DNA of 52,688 nucleotides from Perkinsus olseni (Eukaryota): NCBI GenBank assembly GCA_013115125.1, contig JABANN010000006.1, positions 124,001 to 176,688 of the forward strand, read 5' to 3'. Shown piece by piece: positions 49,701 to 52,688 of this stretch (position 1 is its first letter; each line of letters starts with the position of its first letter). The notes under the pieces were generated by a model. It saw only the letters and a program-made list of their open reading frames with translations, ran no database searches and was not told where the DNA came from. The position numbers and the translations under genes were made by a program.

Positions 49701-50800
49701 AACAATAGACTTGGGGATCCTACGCTCGTCCTGCTCCTCTCTGTTCACGTCGTTTATGTCTCAATATAGTGGCACTGGAATGGTCGAGAATTATCACTGA
49801 TACCATGCACTGAGGGGTATGCATGCCCCTATGCAGGTATCTGTTGTTCGTATTAACTCACCACCTGGCCCTGCTGGCCCGTAGCCCCTCCTATCCTGAG
49901 ATAACAACACCCTTGATGACACATCTCAGAAGGCTTCAGAAGTCCAACTTGGCCGTGAAGCATGAGGTAAGGCGTGGGCTGGGAATGCTCGCGAGTTAGC
50001 CAATGGTGGACGCGGTTCTGAGTTCCGTGTATTCATCGAGGCTTTTGTGCGGGGCACAAGTCCCGGTCGCATGGGGTTTTGACGGTTCTCGTGCATTCTG
50101 CACAGCTCAGTCTTCTCTCGTTTCAGTTAAAGCCCCTCATCTCCCTTTCGGAGGAGACCTCGGCCCAAGTTACTCGTCTGAGGAATGCGTTGAAGTCCCC
50201 ACCGGAACAGTTCATGATGTAGGAACGTCGTCTCGCTTCCCATGCGTTGATGCTGATCCGCTGGCCTTCTCAGCTACAGCTACAATGACACGGCAATAGG
50301 AAAGGCCTATCTACAGCAGCAGAAGCAAAGGGAAGAGGAGGAGAAGAGCAAGATTGAAGCTATGATGAAGGGTGATGAGGAGATCGAGCAGAGGCTCAAA
50401 CGCCAGAGGGTAATACAGGCGGCAAGAGAATGCTTAGCGCTGGTAAAGTGCGCAAGGGTGGTGCTGGAGTATGTGATCGATAGTATCTTGGGTTGACGCT
50501 TAGCAGTGAGGGGGCCATGATGGTATGATGCATTAGGCCGAGGAGACTGGGGAGACCGAGGAAGGCCCTGCTAGGAGCAAACGATCTCTCAAGCGTCAAA
50601 GACAGAAGGAGAAGAAGAGACGTAAGACCTTCTGGGGTGATTAGGATAATTTCATGGCGTGTGACGGTGTTCAGAAGCATGGCTGGCCGCCCAGGCTGCA
50701 GCAGCTGAGGCTATCGGCGAGACAGCCCAGCAGGACAGCGTACACGAGATGGCCTTCTCGGACTCCGAGGGAGAGGACTGACGGAGCCACCACTCTGTTT
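46759..50800 (+). CDS. NOC2: Nucleolar complex protein 2 (NOC2/NOC2L), many short introns
   Basis: Basic N-terminus and acidic tract. Hallmark HKKELEALKETDPEFYK-FLQETDQDLLEF, then FMENCIAEML...AYRIAFT-IRQLGVILR and SPSYPEI. 3' end approximate. Confidence 0.88.
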
Positions 50801-50934
50801 ACTACTAACAACACGATATTCACTATCCCATCTCGTGGGAGGACTACATCCTACCAACGTCAAAACGTTTCTTCTACGCGAAGGCCTTTGGTTCCAGTGC
50901 GTCTAATCGGGTCTTGTTGCTGATTCCTTAGTTC

Positions 50935-52100
50935 ATGATTTTGATGTATCAGGAAGAAAATGATTTCGAACGGATAGGGCTACTCGAAAGACTGATCGCC
51001 ACAGGCGGCGCCCTGGTCACGGCCAAGATTTGTGTGTTTCTCGACAGCCGAAGTGTCGCCAATCTTATCACCTCCTCGCCAAGGATAGACGAGATCTTTT
51101 GGGAGGAAGTACCCTCTCAGTGGAGGGCAGCCGGTAGGACTCTATGGTAGGCCTCTTCTCTACCTGTTGCTTTGTCAGGACGGCTCAACCAGCAATGCTT
51201 CTGGACGATGCACGTCACGGCTGGCTCTGCCTCATCGGCCCATCTCTGTGCGGCTGGCGGACGGTATCTGAGTCCGATGCTTTGGAGCCTGTGCCTTGAG
51301 ACTGAGCCGAATGAACCTCTGCGATACGCCCTGTCAAGCCCAGCAGTCTCGAGGTCGCTAAGGCGGCTGGAAGTGGACTGCGGGAGTGTGAATATTCGCC
51401 GATTATTACCTGTCCTGAGTAACTGTCGATTAGAGCAGCTCAAGCTAGACAACGTAAGCTGGGCTCTGTTCCATCGGCATCCCCCTTTTGCCTCATTGGT
51501 TGATGTGGTTCACAGGTTGACGATTTTGCCGTTGTGCAGCCGTTGCTGAGGACCTCTCTGAAAGAGATTAAGTTGTCCGCTGCACGGGAATGCTACTGTA
51601 CTACCACACTCGAGTTTCCGCCTGGGATGACTCGTCTGCGGGAGCTGCAACTCAATTCAACCCGTAAAGGTAGTAGGACTAGGAGGTTGGTGCGCGGTAT
51701 CTCGGTAGGGTATTTCCTGATTGTCAGGTGTTTGCCACGTACCCGCTCGCTCGTTACGGAATATTCTCGAGGCTGCACGACACCTCCGTTGGTGTTCTCT
51801 AGCTGGAGCTACGACAGATAACGACGAGGTGATACAGCTTATACTGTGAAGGCGTGTGCATGCCGTACCACTCCTTTCTCAATTCGTCTCTTCTCAGGAC
51901 CTAATATGTGCTCTATTTGTCCTGTACTCTCTCAACGACCTACAACTATTTGACATTTCATTTAACCCAAGTCGCGGTTGGGGGATGGACCCCTACCGTC
52001 TGTATCAATTACGCCGCAAACTGTGAGTGTTGGGATGAGTGTAGCTAGAGGTGTCAGAAACTTCCGCAGACCACCTGTAATGAACGGATATTATCGAACG
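50935..52100 (+). CDS. Hypothetical protein, possibly F-box/LRR-like
   Basis: N-terminal KICVFLDSRSVANLITSS and Leu-periodic exons (SLRRLEVDC; RLEQLKLDN; SLKEIKLS; RLRELQLNS). Weak assignment. Confidence 0.4.
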
Positions 52101-52588
52101 CATCAATTTTCGGCATGACTAGGAGACATGGCTCTTCGTGAAGAGAAGCGCTTCTGGTCTAGTGATGGCACTCGGGGATTTTATCTGCTATTTGCTTAGC
52201 TATACCCAATCCTGCCGCAATTGTTGTTGATGAAGCCCCTTCTCTCAGTTTCCCGAGCTTCCCCATATTCTGCGCCAACGAAGAAGCATCCTCGATATGC
52301 GTGTGCCGGGGACTGGGGTCAGCCCCAGTAGAGCGCCTCCGTGAAAGTTATCTAACTTGCCTTTGGTCCCGTAGTGGCTGGACACCAGAGCGTCTAGCCT
52401 GCTGTGAAGTCGGGGTGGATAAGTTAGAGTGCCGGGAGTGTGAGGAGGTAGTATCTTAGGTTGACCCTGGCACTTGATAGGAATCTTCGTCGGTAAGCAC
52501 CGGCTATACAGTGCCGTTTAGTATTGGACGGTGTGCATTCTCTAAGCGAGAAGCCTTTCAGCGTGGTAGAATGACCCATGGTTGCATT

Positions 52589-52624
52589 GGGGGGGGGGGG
52601 GGGGGCCCCCCCCCCGGGGGCCCC
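52589..52624. other. G/C homopolymer block, low complexity
   Basis: About 17 G followed by 10 C, 5 G and 4 C near the window end. Confidence 0.7.
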
Positions 52625-52688
52625 TAGGGCGAGCGCGGGTGGCCACTGACACCGGGAACTATCTTACAAAATTGCAGCTGAAGCGAGC

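Noticed and set aside
49690-50275. snoRNAs in the longer NOC2 introns
   Set aside because: No convincing box C/D pair with terminal stem or H/ACA structure seen by eye; would need snoscan or Infernal.
52589-52624. G-run/C-run hairpin or G-quadruplex element
   Set aside because: Homopolymer block near the sequence end; low-quality sequence or an assembly artefact cannot be excluded.
1-52688. Alternative genetic code or widespread stop readthrough explaining the fragmented ORFs
   Set aside because: Breaks coincide with short GT-AG introns, and intronless genes (38231-40642, 26499-27662) translate cleanly in the standard code.

Overview
Gene-dense eukaryotic DNA with many short (about 45-60 nt) GT-AG introns. 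The gene style and content suggest an alveolate protist, probably Perkinsus (inference). Recognisable genes: a GAS2/GAR-domain protein, UBA4/MOCS3 (ThiF E1-like plus rhodanese), an RCC1-repeat protein, an N-acylated repeat protein, CDC14 phosphatase, a PhyH dioxygenase, an intronless CD36/LIMP-2-family protein, a stop-interrupted subtilisin, a CCDC148-like protein and NOC2. The main find is a tandem array of three paralogous, unrecognised multi-exon genes (8510-18796, minus strand). Each encodes three diverged copies of a Trp-rich domain, a low-complexity linker, an SH3-like domain and a tail ending Gly-Gly-stop (RSRGG*, GVRGG*, MVKGG*). The array lies about 500 bp downstream of the co-oriented UBA4-type E1 gene, making this a candidate non-canonical C-terminal activation/conjugation system. 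Exon boundaries were read by eye and are approximate.
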